NCBI GenBank assembly: GCA_030390025.1
Contig: JASTWF010000338.1
Span: 124,001-188,000 of the forward strand
Direction of reading: 5' to 3'
DNA: 64,000 bases
Origin: Squalus acanthias
Lineage: Eukaryota
Part shown: piece by piece, positions 37,258 through 49,005 of the stretch
Layout: each line of letters opens with the position of its first letter
Numbering within the stretch: the stretch's first letter is position 1
The notes under the pieces: generated by a model
Database searches by the model: none
Seen by the model: the letters and a program-made list of their open reading frames with translations, nothing else
What the model was told of the DNA's origin: nothing
Translations under genes and position numbers: made by a program

Positions 37258-37640
37258 CAAAAATCTAGGCTGACACTCCAGTGCAGTGCTGAGGGAGTGC
37301 TGCTTTGTCGGAGGTGCCGTCCTTTGGATGAGACGTTAAACCGAGGCCACGTCTGCCCTCTCAGGGGGACGTAAAAGATCCCATGGCACTATTCGAAAGA
37401 GCAGGGGAGTTATCCCCGGGGTCCTAGCCAATATTTATCCCTCATTCAACATCACTAAAACAGATTATCTGGTCATTATCAGATTGCAGTTTGTGGGAGC
37501 TTGCTGTGCGCAATTTGGCTGCCGCATTTCCTACATTACAACAGTGACTACACTTCAAAAAGTATTTCATTGGCTGTAAAGCGCTTTGGGTCATCCGGTG
37601 GTCGTCAAAGGTGCCATAGAAATGCAAGACTTTCTTTTTA
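37258..37640 (+). mobile_element. DeuSINE (SacSINE1-like)
   Basis: Same family as 24207-24609. Confidence 0.8.
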
Positions 37641-38745
37641 CACACAGAATTGTCTATTCTTTACTGCCTTGGTGTCTGCCCCAGTGCCAGTATACTGTGC
37701 TCTGGTGCCTAATCTGGCGCTTCTATAAGGCGCTTCTCCAGTGACTGGGCCATTGGAGCTCAGGTCCTGTCATTAGCCGTGTTAGCTTTGCCTGACTCTA
37801 AAAATGGTCCTACATCGGCCAATCTCCAGTCCTCCGGCTCTCATCCACACTCAGTCGAGCTCTGAAATATATTATCTCGGGCCTGGGCCATTTCCTCCCT
37901 CATCCCACCTCCTTTTACCGTTGACCTCTGGCTCGGCTCACCCATGGAGCTGTCAGATTTTTGTCCCTCCCAGTTCGGTGAGCTACCCGTTAGCGCACAT
38001 TGAGCACAGGGCAGCTTGCTGACTGTATGTTAATGAGGTCTGAACTCAAAACTGGTTTGGGCCTCCCGCTCAATCTATTGAGGGGACGCACCACCGACTT
38101 CACTCCCGCTTTGGACAAAAATCACGCCCCTAATTTTATCCCACACTCCTGCTAATCCCGTTCTTACTTTAATATTCCACTTTATTCCAGCAATTAATTC
38201 TGTTTTAACAGGATTGATGGACTTTGCTTCAACACCGTGTTGTGGCAGAGAATTCCACATCCTAACCACACTCTGTAATGGAGGAGAAATTCAACTCACC
38301 GCCATCTGGTATGATGGTGAGGGAGGGGGTGGCCGGGAGAGTGGGCCACAATCGGCAGGATGGGGCTGAGCGGGAAGGAGGGGGAAACAATCGGATGGGA
38401 GGGAGGGGGCCGTGCGGGACTGAGGGCGGAAACAATGGTGAGGGAGGGTGGATGTGATCAGAGGGGAGGGAGTGGGCCGAGTGGAGGCCAGCAATGTTCT
38501 TTGGCACTGCAGTGGAGCCGGGAGGGGAGCTCCTGCACCTCGCCGTTCCACATTCAGCCAAGTATTTTTTTTAAATAACTTTTTGGTGACAGCCTCTAGT
38601 GGTCCCTTTAAGGACCACCGGCTAGGCCTCAGGTAGTCCATGTTTTCCTGAATGTAGCGGTGGGGTGAAGGATGTGGGGGATGCACAAGAGGCCAGAGTT
38701 GAATGAACATAGTGTTCTGGTGGGTTGTAGGGCTGGGGCAGGTTA

Positions 38746-40820
38746 CATAAGAACATAAGAATAGGAGCAGGAGGAGGCCATTTGGCCCCTCGAGCCTGCT
38801 CCGCCATTTAATGAGATCATGGCTGATCTGATCTTGGGCTCAGCTCCATTTCCCTGCCCGCTCCCCATAACCCATCACTCCCTTATTGTTCAAAAATCTG
38901 TCTATCTCCACCTTAAATATATTCAATGACCCAGCCTCCACAGCTCTCTGGGGCAGAGAATTCCACAGATTTACGACCCTCTGAGAGAAGAAATTCCTCC
39001 TCATCTCAGTTTTAAATGGGCGACCCCCTTATTCTGAAACTATGCCCCCTAGTTCTAGATTCCCCCATGAGGGGAAACATCTTCTCTGCATCTACCTTGT
39101 CGAGCCCCCTCAGTATCTTATATGTTTCAATAAGATCACATCTCATTCATCTAAACACCAATGAGTATCGGCCCAACCTGCTCAACCTTTCTTCATAAGT
39201 CAACCCCTTCATCTCAGGAATCAACCTCATGAACCTTCTCTGAACTGCCTCCAATGCAAGTATATCCCTCCTTCAATAAGGAGACCAAAACTGTAAGCAG
39301 TACTCCAGGTGTGGTCTCACCAATACCCTGTACAGTTGTAGCAGGACTTCCCTGCTTTTATACTCCATCCCCCTTGCAATAAAGGCCAACATTCCATTTG
39401 CCTTTTTGATTACTTGCTGTACCTGCATCCTAACATTTTGTGTTTCATGCACAAGGACCCCCAGGTCCCTCTGTACTGCAGCATTTTGTAATCACTCTCC
39501 ATTTAAAAAATAATTTGCTTTTTTATTTTTCTTACCAAAGTGGATAACCTCACACTTTCCCACACTATACTCCATCTGCCAAATGTTTCCCCACTCACTT
39601 AGCCTGTCTCTATCCCTTTGCAGATTCTTCACAACTTGCTTGCCCACCTATCTTTGTATCATTAGCAAATTTGTCTACATTACACTCGGTCCCTTCATCC
39701 AAGTCATTAATATAGATTGTAAATAGTTGAGGCCCCAGCACTGATCCCTGTGGCACCCCACTAGTTACCGTTTCCCAACCGGAAAATGAGCCATTTACCT
39801 CAACTCTCTGTTTTCTGTTAGTTAGCCAATCCTCTATCCATGCTAATATATTACCCCCAACCCCGTGAGCCCTTTTCTTGTGCAGTAACCTTTTATGTGG
39901 CACCTTATCGAATGCCTTCTGGAAATCCAAATACGCCACATCCACTGGTTCCTCTTTATGCACCCTGCGTCTTACATCCTCAAAGAACTCCAGCAAAATT
40001 GTCAAACATGATTTCCCTTTCATAAAACCATGTTGACTCTGCTTGACTGTATTATGATTTTCTAAATGTCCTGCTATTGTTTCCTTAATAATGGACTCCA
40101 GCATTTTTCCAATGACAGATGTTAGGCTAACTGGTCTATAGTTTCCTGCTTTCTGTCTCCCTCCCTTCTTAAATAGGGGCGTTACACTTGCGGTTTTCCA
40201 ATCTGCTGGGACCTTGCCAGAGTCCAGGGAATTTTGGTAGATTGCAACCAATGCATCCACTATCTCTGCAGCCACTTCTAGGATGCAGGCCATCAGGTCC
40301 AGGGGACTTGTCCACCTTTAGTCCCATTATTTTACCGAGTACTTTTTCTTTAGTGATAGTGATTATTTTAAGTTCCCCCCTCCCTATAGCCCCTTGATTA
40401 TGTGTTATTGGGATGGTTTTAGTGTCCTCTACCGTGAAGACTAATACAAAATATTTGTTCAAAGTCTTTGCCATTTCCCTATTCCCCATTATTAATTCCC
40501 CAGTCTCATCCTCTAAGGGACCAACGTTTACTTTAGCTACTCTCTTCCTTTTTATATACCTGTAGAAGCTCTTACTATCTGTTTTCATATTTCTTGCGAG
40601 TTTACTCTCATAATCCATCTTCTCTCTCTTTATTACTTTTTTAGTCATCCATTGCTGGTTTTTAAAAATGTCCCAATCCTCTGGCCTTCCACTAATCTTT
40701 GCAACATTGTATGCCTTTGTCTTCAACTTGATACCATCTTTTCTTACTTAGTTAACCACTGATGGTTCTCCCTTCTCTTAAAGTCTTTCCTTCTCACTGG
40801 AATATATTTTTGTTGAGAGT
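38746..40820 (-). mobile_element. CR1 LINE ORF2 3' half, degraded
   Basis: ORFs 40169..40726 and 39610..40293 (GNYRPVSLTS, DFQKAFDKVPH, VPQGSVLGP); (TTCTTATG)n tail at ~38746. Confidence 0.92.
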
Positions 40821-41075
40821 TATGAAATATCTCCTTAAATGTTATAGAGATAGAGAGGGGCGAGGACATGCTGGGATTTGAACACGAGGATCAGAATTTT
40901 GAATTTGAGCCGTTGTTGCAAAGTCCTGTGTATAGGCCATACTGTGGGACTTTTTATGCCCTCTAAATTATACAGCCATATATTGAAATCACTTATATAT
41001 AGTTTTACGGTGTGGTTTTACAATCTCCATTCATGCAGTTAAATAATTTTTAAAAGCAGTTTAAACACAAAATGA

Positions 41076-41460
41076 CATAAGAACATAAGAAATAGGAGCA
41101 GGAGTAGGCCATTCGGCCCATCGAGCCTGCTCCGCCATTAAATGAGATCATGGCTGATCTTCTGCCTCAACTCCATTCACCGGCCCTATCGCCATATCCC
41201 TTGATGCCCTTACTAGTCAGAAATCTATCGACTTCTGTTTTGAATATACCCAATGACTGAGCCTCCACAGCCCTCTGGGGTAGAGAATTCCAAAGATTCA
41301 CCACCCTCTGTGTGAAGAAATTTCTTCTCATCTCAGTCCTGAATGACCTACCCTTTATCCTGAGGCTGTGGCCCCTGGTTCTAGACTCCCAGCTAAGGGA
41401 AACATTCTCCCAACATCCACCCTATCAAGTCCTGTAATAATTTTGTATGCTTCAATTATG
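41076..41460 (-). mobile_element. CR1 LINE 3' end
   Basis: CATAAGAACATAAGAAATAGGAGCAGG tail shared with 29036 and 38746. Confidence 0.88.
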
Positions 41461-41691
41461 ACAATTGCATCAAGAGGGGAAAGATTTTATGCTGCGTGTG
41501 GAGGGCATGTGTAAACTAGCAGTTTAATCAGCCACTGCAGCCTTTATATTGAGCTCCTCGAGAATGACATCAACACGTCTTTCACATTGTTCATTCTGTC
41601 AAATATAACGAGTCACCGCCCTCTACTGGACTTCAATGGAACTTCCCACTCTGCACATTCACCTGTGGCACTGGCTTCAAACCTTTCTCTT

Positions 41692-44428
41692 TGGGGACCC
41701 CCTGCAAATATTGACCCACTCCCAGGGACCCCCTGCAAATATTGACTCACTCCCAGGGACCCCCTGCAAATATTGACTCACTCCCAGGGACCCCCTGCAA
41801 ATATTGACACACTCCCAGGGACCCCCTGCAAATACTGACACACTCCCAGGGACCCCCTGCAAATATTGACTCACTCCCGAAGACCCCCTGCAAATATTGA
41901 CCCACTCCCAGGGACCCCCTGCAAATATTGACCCACTCCCAGGGACCCCCTGCAAATATTGACTCACTCCCAGGGACCCCCTGCAAATATTGACTCACTC
42001 CCAGGGACCCCCTGCAAATATTGACACTCTCCCAGGGACCCCCTGCAAATACTGACACTCTCCCAGGGACCCCCTGCAAATACTGACACTCTCCCAGGGA
42101 CCCCCTGCAAATACTGACACTCTCCCAGGACCCCCTGCAAATACTGACACTCTCCCAGGGACCCCCTGCAAATATTCGAATTGACACTCTCCCAGGGACC
42201 CCCTGCAAATACTGACACTCTCCCAGGGTCCCCCCTGCAAATATTGACTCACTCCCAGGGACCCCCTGCAAATATTGACTCACTCCCAGGGACCCCCTGC
42301 AAATATTGACTCACTCCCAGGGACCCCCTGCAAATATTGACTCACTCCCAGGGACCCCCTGCAAATATTGACTCACTCCCAGGGACCCCCTGCAAATATT
42401 GACTCACTCCCAGGGACCCCCTGCAAATATTGACACTCTCCCAGGGACCCCCTGCAAATATTGACTCACTCCCAGGGACCCCCTGCAAATATTGACTCAC
42501 TCCCAGGGACCCCCTGCAAATATTGACTCACTCCCAGGGACCCCCTGCAAATATTGACTCACTCCCAGGGACCCCCTGCAAATACTGACCCACTCCCAGG
42601 GACCCCCTGCAAATATTGACACTCTCCCAGGGACCCCCTGCAAATACTGACCCACTCCCAGGGACCCCCTGCAAATATTGACACTCTCCCAGGGACCCCC
42701 TGCAAATATTGACACACTCCCAGGGACCCCCTGCAAATATTGACACTCTCCCAGGGACCCCCTGCAAATATTGACTCACTCCCAGGGACCCCCTGCAAAT
42801 ATTGACTCACTCCCAGGGACCCCCTGCAAATATTGACACTCTCCCAGGGACCCCCTGCAAATATTGACACTCTCCCAGGGACCCCCTGCAAATATTGACA
42901 CTCTCCCAGGGACCCCCTGCAAATACTGACACTCTCCCAGGGACCCCCTGCAAATATTGACACTCTCCCAGGGACCCCCTGCAAATATTGACTCACTCCC
43001 AGGGACCCCCTGCAAATATTGACACTCTCCCAGGGACCCCCTGCAAATATTGACTCACTCCCAGGGACCCCCTGCAAATATTGACTCACTCCCAGGGACC
43101 CCCTGCAAATATTGACACTCTCCCAGGGACCCCCTGCAAATACTGACCCACTCCCAGGGACCCCCTGCAAATATTGACACACTCCCAGGGACCCCCTGCA
43201 AATACTGACCCACTCCCGAGGACCCCCTGCAAATATTGACCCACTCCCAGGGACCCCCTGCAAATACTGACACTCTCCCAGGGACCCCCTGCAAATATTG
43301 ACCCACTCCCAGGGACCCCCGGCAAATATTGACCCACTCCCAGGGTCCCCCCTGCAAATATTGACACTCTCCCAGGGACCCCCTGCAAATATTGACACTC
43401 TCCCAGGGTCCCCCTGCAAATATTGACACTCTCCCAGGGACCCCCTGCAAATATTGACACTCTCCCAGGGACCCCCTGCAAATATTGACACTCTCCCAGG
43501 GACCCCCTGCAAATATTGACCCACTCCCAGGGACCCCCGGCAAATATTGACACACTCCCGAAGACCCCCTGCAAATATTGACCCACTCCCAGGGTCCCCC
43601 CTGCAAATATTGACACTCTCCCAGGGACCCCCTGCAAATATTGACTCACTCCCAGGGACCCCCTGCAAATATTGACCCACTCCCAGGGACCCCCTGCAAA
43701 TATTGACCCACTCCCAGGGTCCCCCTGCAAATACTGACACTCTCCCAGGGACCCCCTGCAAATATTGACTCACTCCCAGGGACCCCCTGCAAATATTGAC
43801 ACTCTCCCAGGGACCCCCTGCAAATACTGACCCACTCCCAGGGACCCCCTGCAAATATTGATTCACTCCCAGGGACCCCCTGCAAATATTGACACTCTCC
43901 CAGGGACCCCCTGCAAATACTGACACTCTCCCAGGGACCCCCTGCAAATATTGACTCACTCCCAGGGACCCCCTGCAAATATTGACACTCTCCCAGGGAC
44001 CCCCTGCAAATATTGACTCACTCCCAGGGACCCCTGCAAATATTGACCCACTCCCAGGGACCCCCTGCCAATATTGATTCACTCCCAGGGACCCCCTGCA
44101 AATACTGACACACTCCCAGGGACCCCCTGCAAATATTGACAGACTGCCAGGGACCCCCTGCAAATATTGACACTCTCCCAGGGACCCCCTGCAAATATTG
44201 ACCCACTCCCAGGGACCCCCTGCCAATATTGATTCACTCCCAGGGACCCCCTGCAAATACTGACACACTCCCAGGGACCCCCTGCAAATATTGACAGACT
44301 GCCAGGGACCCCCTGCAAATATTGACACTCTCCCAGGGACCCCCTGCAAATATTGACACACTCCCAGGGACCCCCTGCAAATATTGATTCACTCCCAGGG
44401 ACCCCCTGCAAATATTGACACTCTCCCA
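41692..44428. repeat. 31-bp minisatellite (~88 units)
   Basis: Unit CAGGGACCCCCTGCAAATATTGAC(TCA/ACT/CCA/ACA)CTCC. Confidence 0.97.
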
Positions 44429-44624
44429 GTGTAGGATACAGGATTGTTTTGGGTCATGAACTTTTGACGTTGGCTAATGGAAATCCGAGCTTTAAGTTAA
44501 CCACAAACTACAGACTTCATCTACTGCAAAGGAAAACGACAGAAAACAGACACAGAACAGAAAAGGGTAAAGGCCGCGACTTTGGTTACTACAACAATCA
44601 CGGGAGGCAGATAGGGAGATATCA

Positions 44625-44822
44625 GGGGGAAATCACGGGGGGAGATTGCAGGGGGAAATCACGGCGGTAGATTGCAGGGGGAAATCACGGGGGGAGATTG
44701 CAGGGGGGGAATCACGGGGGGAGATTGCAGGGGGGGAATCACGGGGGGAGATTGCAGGGGGGAAATCACGGGGGGAGATTGCAGGGGGGGAATCACGGGG
44801 GGAGATTGCAGGGGGGAAATCG
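44625..44822. repeat. G-rich tandem repeat, ~26-27-bp unit (~7 units)
   Basis: (GGGGGGAATCACGGGGGGAGATTGCAG)n. Confidence 0.88.
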
Positions 44823-45524
44823 TGGATCTGCCTGGAGATCGGGGGTTCAGCAGATCACAAGGGGGTGGGCGGATCATAGGGGAAGAGGCCGATGGCAGCA
44901 GGTTATCTTGGGCGGCCAGGGCGAAGCACTCCTGCTCCTCCGGGCCCACAAGCAGTGCTATAAAAAGCACCAAGTGCTGGATCCGGCTGTTCTCGCCTCC
45001 CTTTAGCTGCCGGGTTTCCCGAGCCCTGGGAAACCCGGTCCACAGCCGTTAAATCTAAAAGGAGGCTAAAATCTGAGGCCCTCAGCCTCATTAACATATT
45101 GAAATTACTGAGCTGCCTCTCGAGAGCAGCTACTCGCCCGACCCCAAACCTGCCCCCGTTAAACCGGAAGTAGACGCGGTCGCGGCGGGTTGGGGTCGGG
45201 TTTTAGGTTTTTAACAAGTTAACCTCCCACCCTCTTCCCCGCCTCAGTGTCCCATGTTGAATGTCAGAAAGATACAACAGCTCCAAGAACAGTTGAGAGT
45301 TAAGAGAGATATAATTTGTACAATGACCCAAGCGGGTGGCAGTGGAGATGAGGCAGACTGGGAAGGGTTGGCAGAGGAGGCTATGAACTATCGCTCCCCA
45401 GACAACACAGTGACACAAGGAGCTGATAATGAGAATAAAGTACATTGCGAAGGCTTGAATGAGGAATGCAAATGGAAGTCGCAGAGGTCAAAGACGCATT
45501 TATGCAAACACAAAGCTTGTTACA

Positions 45525-46080
45525 ACATTAACAACAACAACTTCCATTGATATCGTGTCTTTAACGTAGTAAAACGTCCCAAGGCGCTTCACAAACAAAA
45601 TTTGACACCGAGCCACATAAGGAGATATTAGGACAGATGACCAAAGACTTGGTTAAAGAACGTTTTAAGGAGCGTGTTAAAGGAGGAGAGCGAGGTAGAG
45701 GCGGTAAGAGTCTAAATGGGGTAGAGGAGCAAAGGGATCTCGGGGCACGGATACACAAATCACTAAAAGTAGCGACGCAGGTTAATAAGGCCATATAGAG
45801 AGCAAGCAAAGCACTGGGGTTCATTTTTAGAGGGATAGAATTGAAAGCAGAGAAGTTATGTTAAACTTGAAGAGAACCCTGTTTAGACCACTCTTGGAGC
45901 ACTGATCACAGTCCTGGTATCCACATTATAAAAAGGATATCGAGGCACTGGAGGAGTCATAAAAAAAGATTTACAAGGATGATACCAGAACTGAGAGGTT
46001 ATACCTATCAAGAAAGATTGAACAGGCTGGGGCGCTTTTCTCCAGAAAAGAGAAGGCTAAGGGGTGACCTGATAGAGGAC
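45525..46080. mobile_element. L2 3' tail (minus) followed by a CR1 fragment (plus)
   Basis: 45525-45705 is similar to 46085-46280; 45710-46080 reads LNGVEEQRDLG...RRLRGDLIE. Confidence 0.7.
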
Positions 46081-46084
46081 TTTA

Positions 46085-48500
46085 CAACAACAACTTCTAT
46101 TTATATAGCGTCTTTAACGTAGTAAAACGTCCCAAGGCACTTCACAGGAGCGTTACAAAACAAAATTTAACACCGAGCCACATAAGGAGATATTAGAGCA
46201 GATGACCAAATCCTTGGTCAGAGGTAGGTTATAAGGAAGTCTTAAAGAAGGAAAGAGAGGTTAGAGAGGCGGAGAGGTTTAGGGAGGGAATTCCAGAACT
46301 TAGGGCCTTGGCAGCTGAAGGCACAGACAGGAATGGTGCAGCGATTAAAATCAGGGAGGCTTAAGATGCCAGAATTAGAGGAGTGCAGATAACCCGGGGT
46401 GTTGTGGGGCTGGAGGAGATTACAGAGAGAGGGAGGGGCGAGGCCATGAAGGGATTTGAAAACAAGGATAACAATTTTAAAATCGAGGCATGGCTTAACC
46501 GGGAGCCAATGTAGGTCAGCGTGCACAGGGGTGCTGGGTGAACGGGACTTGGTGCAAGTTAGGACACAGGCAGCAGAGTTTTGGATGACCTCAAGTTTAC
46601 GGAGGGCAGAACCTGGGAGGCCGGCCAGGAGTGCATTGGAATAGTCAAATCTAGAGGTAGCAAAGGCATGGATGAGGGTTTCAGCAGCAGATGAGCTGAG
46701 GTAAGGGTGGAGTCGGGTGATGTTCCGGAGGTGGAAATAGGCGGTCTTAGTGAAGGCGGGGATATGTGGTCAGATGGTCATTTCGGGTCAAATGTGACAC
46801 CGAGGTTGCAAACAGTCTGGTTCAGCCTCAGACAGTTGCCAGGGAGAGGGATGGAGTCGGTGACTATGGAATAGAGTTTGTCGCGGGGACCGAAGACAAT
46901 GGCTTTGGTCTTCCCAATATTTAGTTGGAGGAAATTTCTGCTCATCCAGTAGTGGATGTCGGATAAGCAGCCTGAAAATTTGGAGACATGGAAGGGTTAA
47001 GAGAGGTGGTGGTGAGGTAGAGCTGGGTGTCATTAGCGTATATGTGGAAACTGACATTGTGTTTTTGGATGATGTCACCGAGGGACAGCATGTAGATGGG
47101 AAATAGGAGGAAGCCAAGGATAGATCCTTGGGAGACACCAGAGGTAACGGTGTGGGAGCCGGAAGAGAAGCCATTGGAGGTGATTCTCTGGCTACGATTA
47201 TGTAGATAAGAATGGAACCAGGCGAGTGCAGTCCCACCCAGCTGGATGCTGGTGGAGAGGCTTTGGAGGAGGATGGTGTGGTTAACCGTGTCAAATGCTG
47301 CAGACAGGTCGAGAAGGACGAGGAGGAATCATTTACCTTTGTCACAGTCACATAGGATGTCATTTGTGACTTTGATAAGAGCCTTTTCGGTACTGTGGCA
47401 GGGGGGGAAATCTGATTGGAGGGATTCAAACATGGAGTTCCGGGAAAGATGGGCACGGATTTGTGAGGTGACGATACGTTCAAAGACTTTGGAGAGGAAA
47501 GGGAGGTTGGAGATGGGTGGTCGTTTGCAAGGGCAGAGGGGTCAAGGGTTGGTTTTTTGAGAAGGGGGTAATGATGGCTGATTTGAAGGACAGGGGGACA
47601 GTACCTGAGGAGAGAGAACTGTTAACAATATCCACTAAAATAGGAGCCAGGAAAGGAAGTTTGGTGGTCAGCAGTTTAGTGGGAATAGGGTTGAGGGAGC
47701 AGGAAGTGGGTCTCAGGATGAGCTCAGAGAGAGCGTGAGGAGGGGTCGGAGAGAAACTGAGGTGAATTCAGGGCTAGGGCAGAGGGGAACCTTAGAGGAA
47801 GTTTGCCACGGTGGGCTAGGGGAAGGGAGGGAAGTGGCAGAGGCAGCTGATTGGATGGTCTCAATCTTAATGACAAAGAAGCCAATGAGCTCCTCGCATT
47901 TGTTGTTAGAGGTGAGGGTGGAAGAGATAGGGGAGAGGGGTTTAAGAAGATGGTTTGCAGTAGAGAAAAGAAGCCAGGGGTTAGCTATGCATTCCAGAAT
48001 GATCCTGGAATAGTGAGCAATTTTGGCAGACGAGAGCAGGACCTGATAGTGCTTTATGTGATCCAGCCAGATCTGGCGGTGAATGGCTAAACCAGTTGTC
48101 TGCCATATCCGTTCAAGTCTGCGTCCCTTGGACTTAAGGGAGTGGAGATGAGGGTCATACCAGGGGGAATGGCCAGGGTGAGAGAGAGTAATTGTTTTAA
48201 TGGGGACTAGGGCATGAAAGCTGGAGGTAAGGGTGTGGTTGAGCAGATTGGTATGCTGTGGTGAATGGACGACTAAAGGCTCGACAGTTGGGAGTTTGAA
48301 AGTGCAGTTGTAAGTGAATTGGGAGAGAGTTTTTTCCAGTGGCGGACACAGAAGGAAGTAGGGTTGGGAGGGGGAAGAGGGATGTGGGTGGAGAGTGATA
48401 CAAGGAAGCGATCAGAGATGGCCTTATCTGTGATTGACATGATGGGAGAACCAAGGCCATGTGAGATGGCAAGGTCAAGGGGATGGCCATGGATAAGTGT
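46085..48500 (-). mobile_element. L2-type LINE, degraded ORF2 plus 3' tail
   Basis: LHWLPV..LDFKI..VFKSLHGLAP; inverted homology to 28232-29035; (TTG)n tail at 46085. Confidence 0.88.
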
Positions 48501-48702
48501 TGGGAGTTTTCAAGTGGCGGGGGAGTGGGACTAGCTGAAGTGCTCTTGCAGAGAGCCGGCACGGGCTCGACGGGCCGAATGGCCTCCTTCTGTGCTGTAA
48601 CCATTCTATGATGCTAAGATTCTATCCTGGAACTTCCTACCGAACAGCAATGTGGGCGGACCTGCAGCACACGGACTGCAGCGGTTCAAGAAGAATGTTC
48701 AC

Positions 48703-48867
48703 TAATGTTCCCTGGAATCTGCACGGCTGCACAGCACTCCAGGGGTCCCGCGCAGCTGGCTTGCCGGCTTTTGAATAGGAAAACTGAGCATGTGCGGTAT
48801 TTTGAATGGGCTGCACAGTCCCTTAAAGGGGCCGCACGGACCGAGAAAAAAATTACAGGGAACATTG
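48703..48867. mobile_element. 165-bp hAT-like MITE inserted in a LINE 3' tail
   Basis: TIR TAATGTTCCCTGGAAT / ATTACAGGGAACATTG; imperfect 8-bp TSD ATGTTCAC / ATACTCAC. Confidence 0.7.
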
Positions 48868-49005
48868 ATACTCACCATCATCTTCTCAAGAGTACCTAGG
48901 GATGGGCAATAAATGCTGGCCGTGTCAGCGACACCCACATCCCAAGGATAAATAAAAAATATAGTGAGCTCAATGTGCAATGTCCCGGCTAAATATGTTG
49001 CTGGT

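Noticed and set aside
41677..44411. Long ORFs up to 600 aa in the 31-bp array
   Set aside because: They are translations of a tandem repeat whose minus strand lacks stops in some variants; no domain, and all three frames behave alike.
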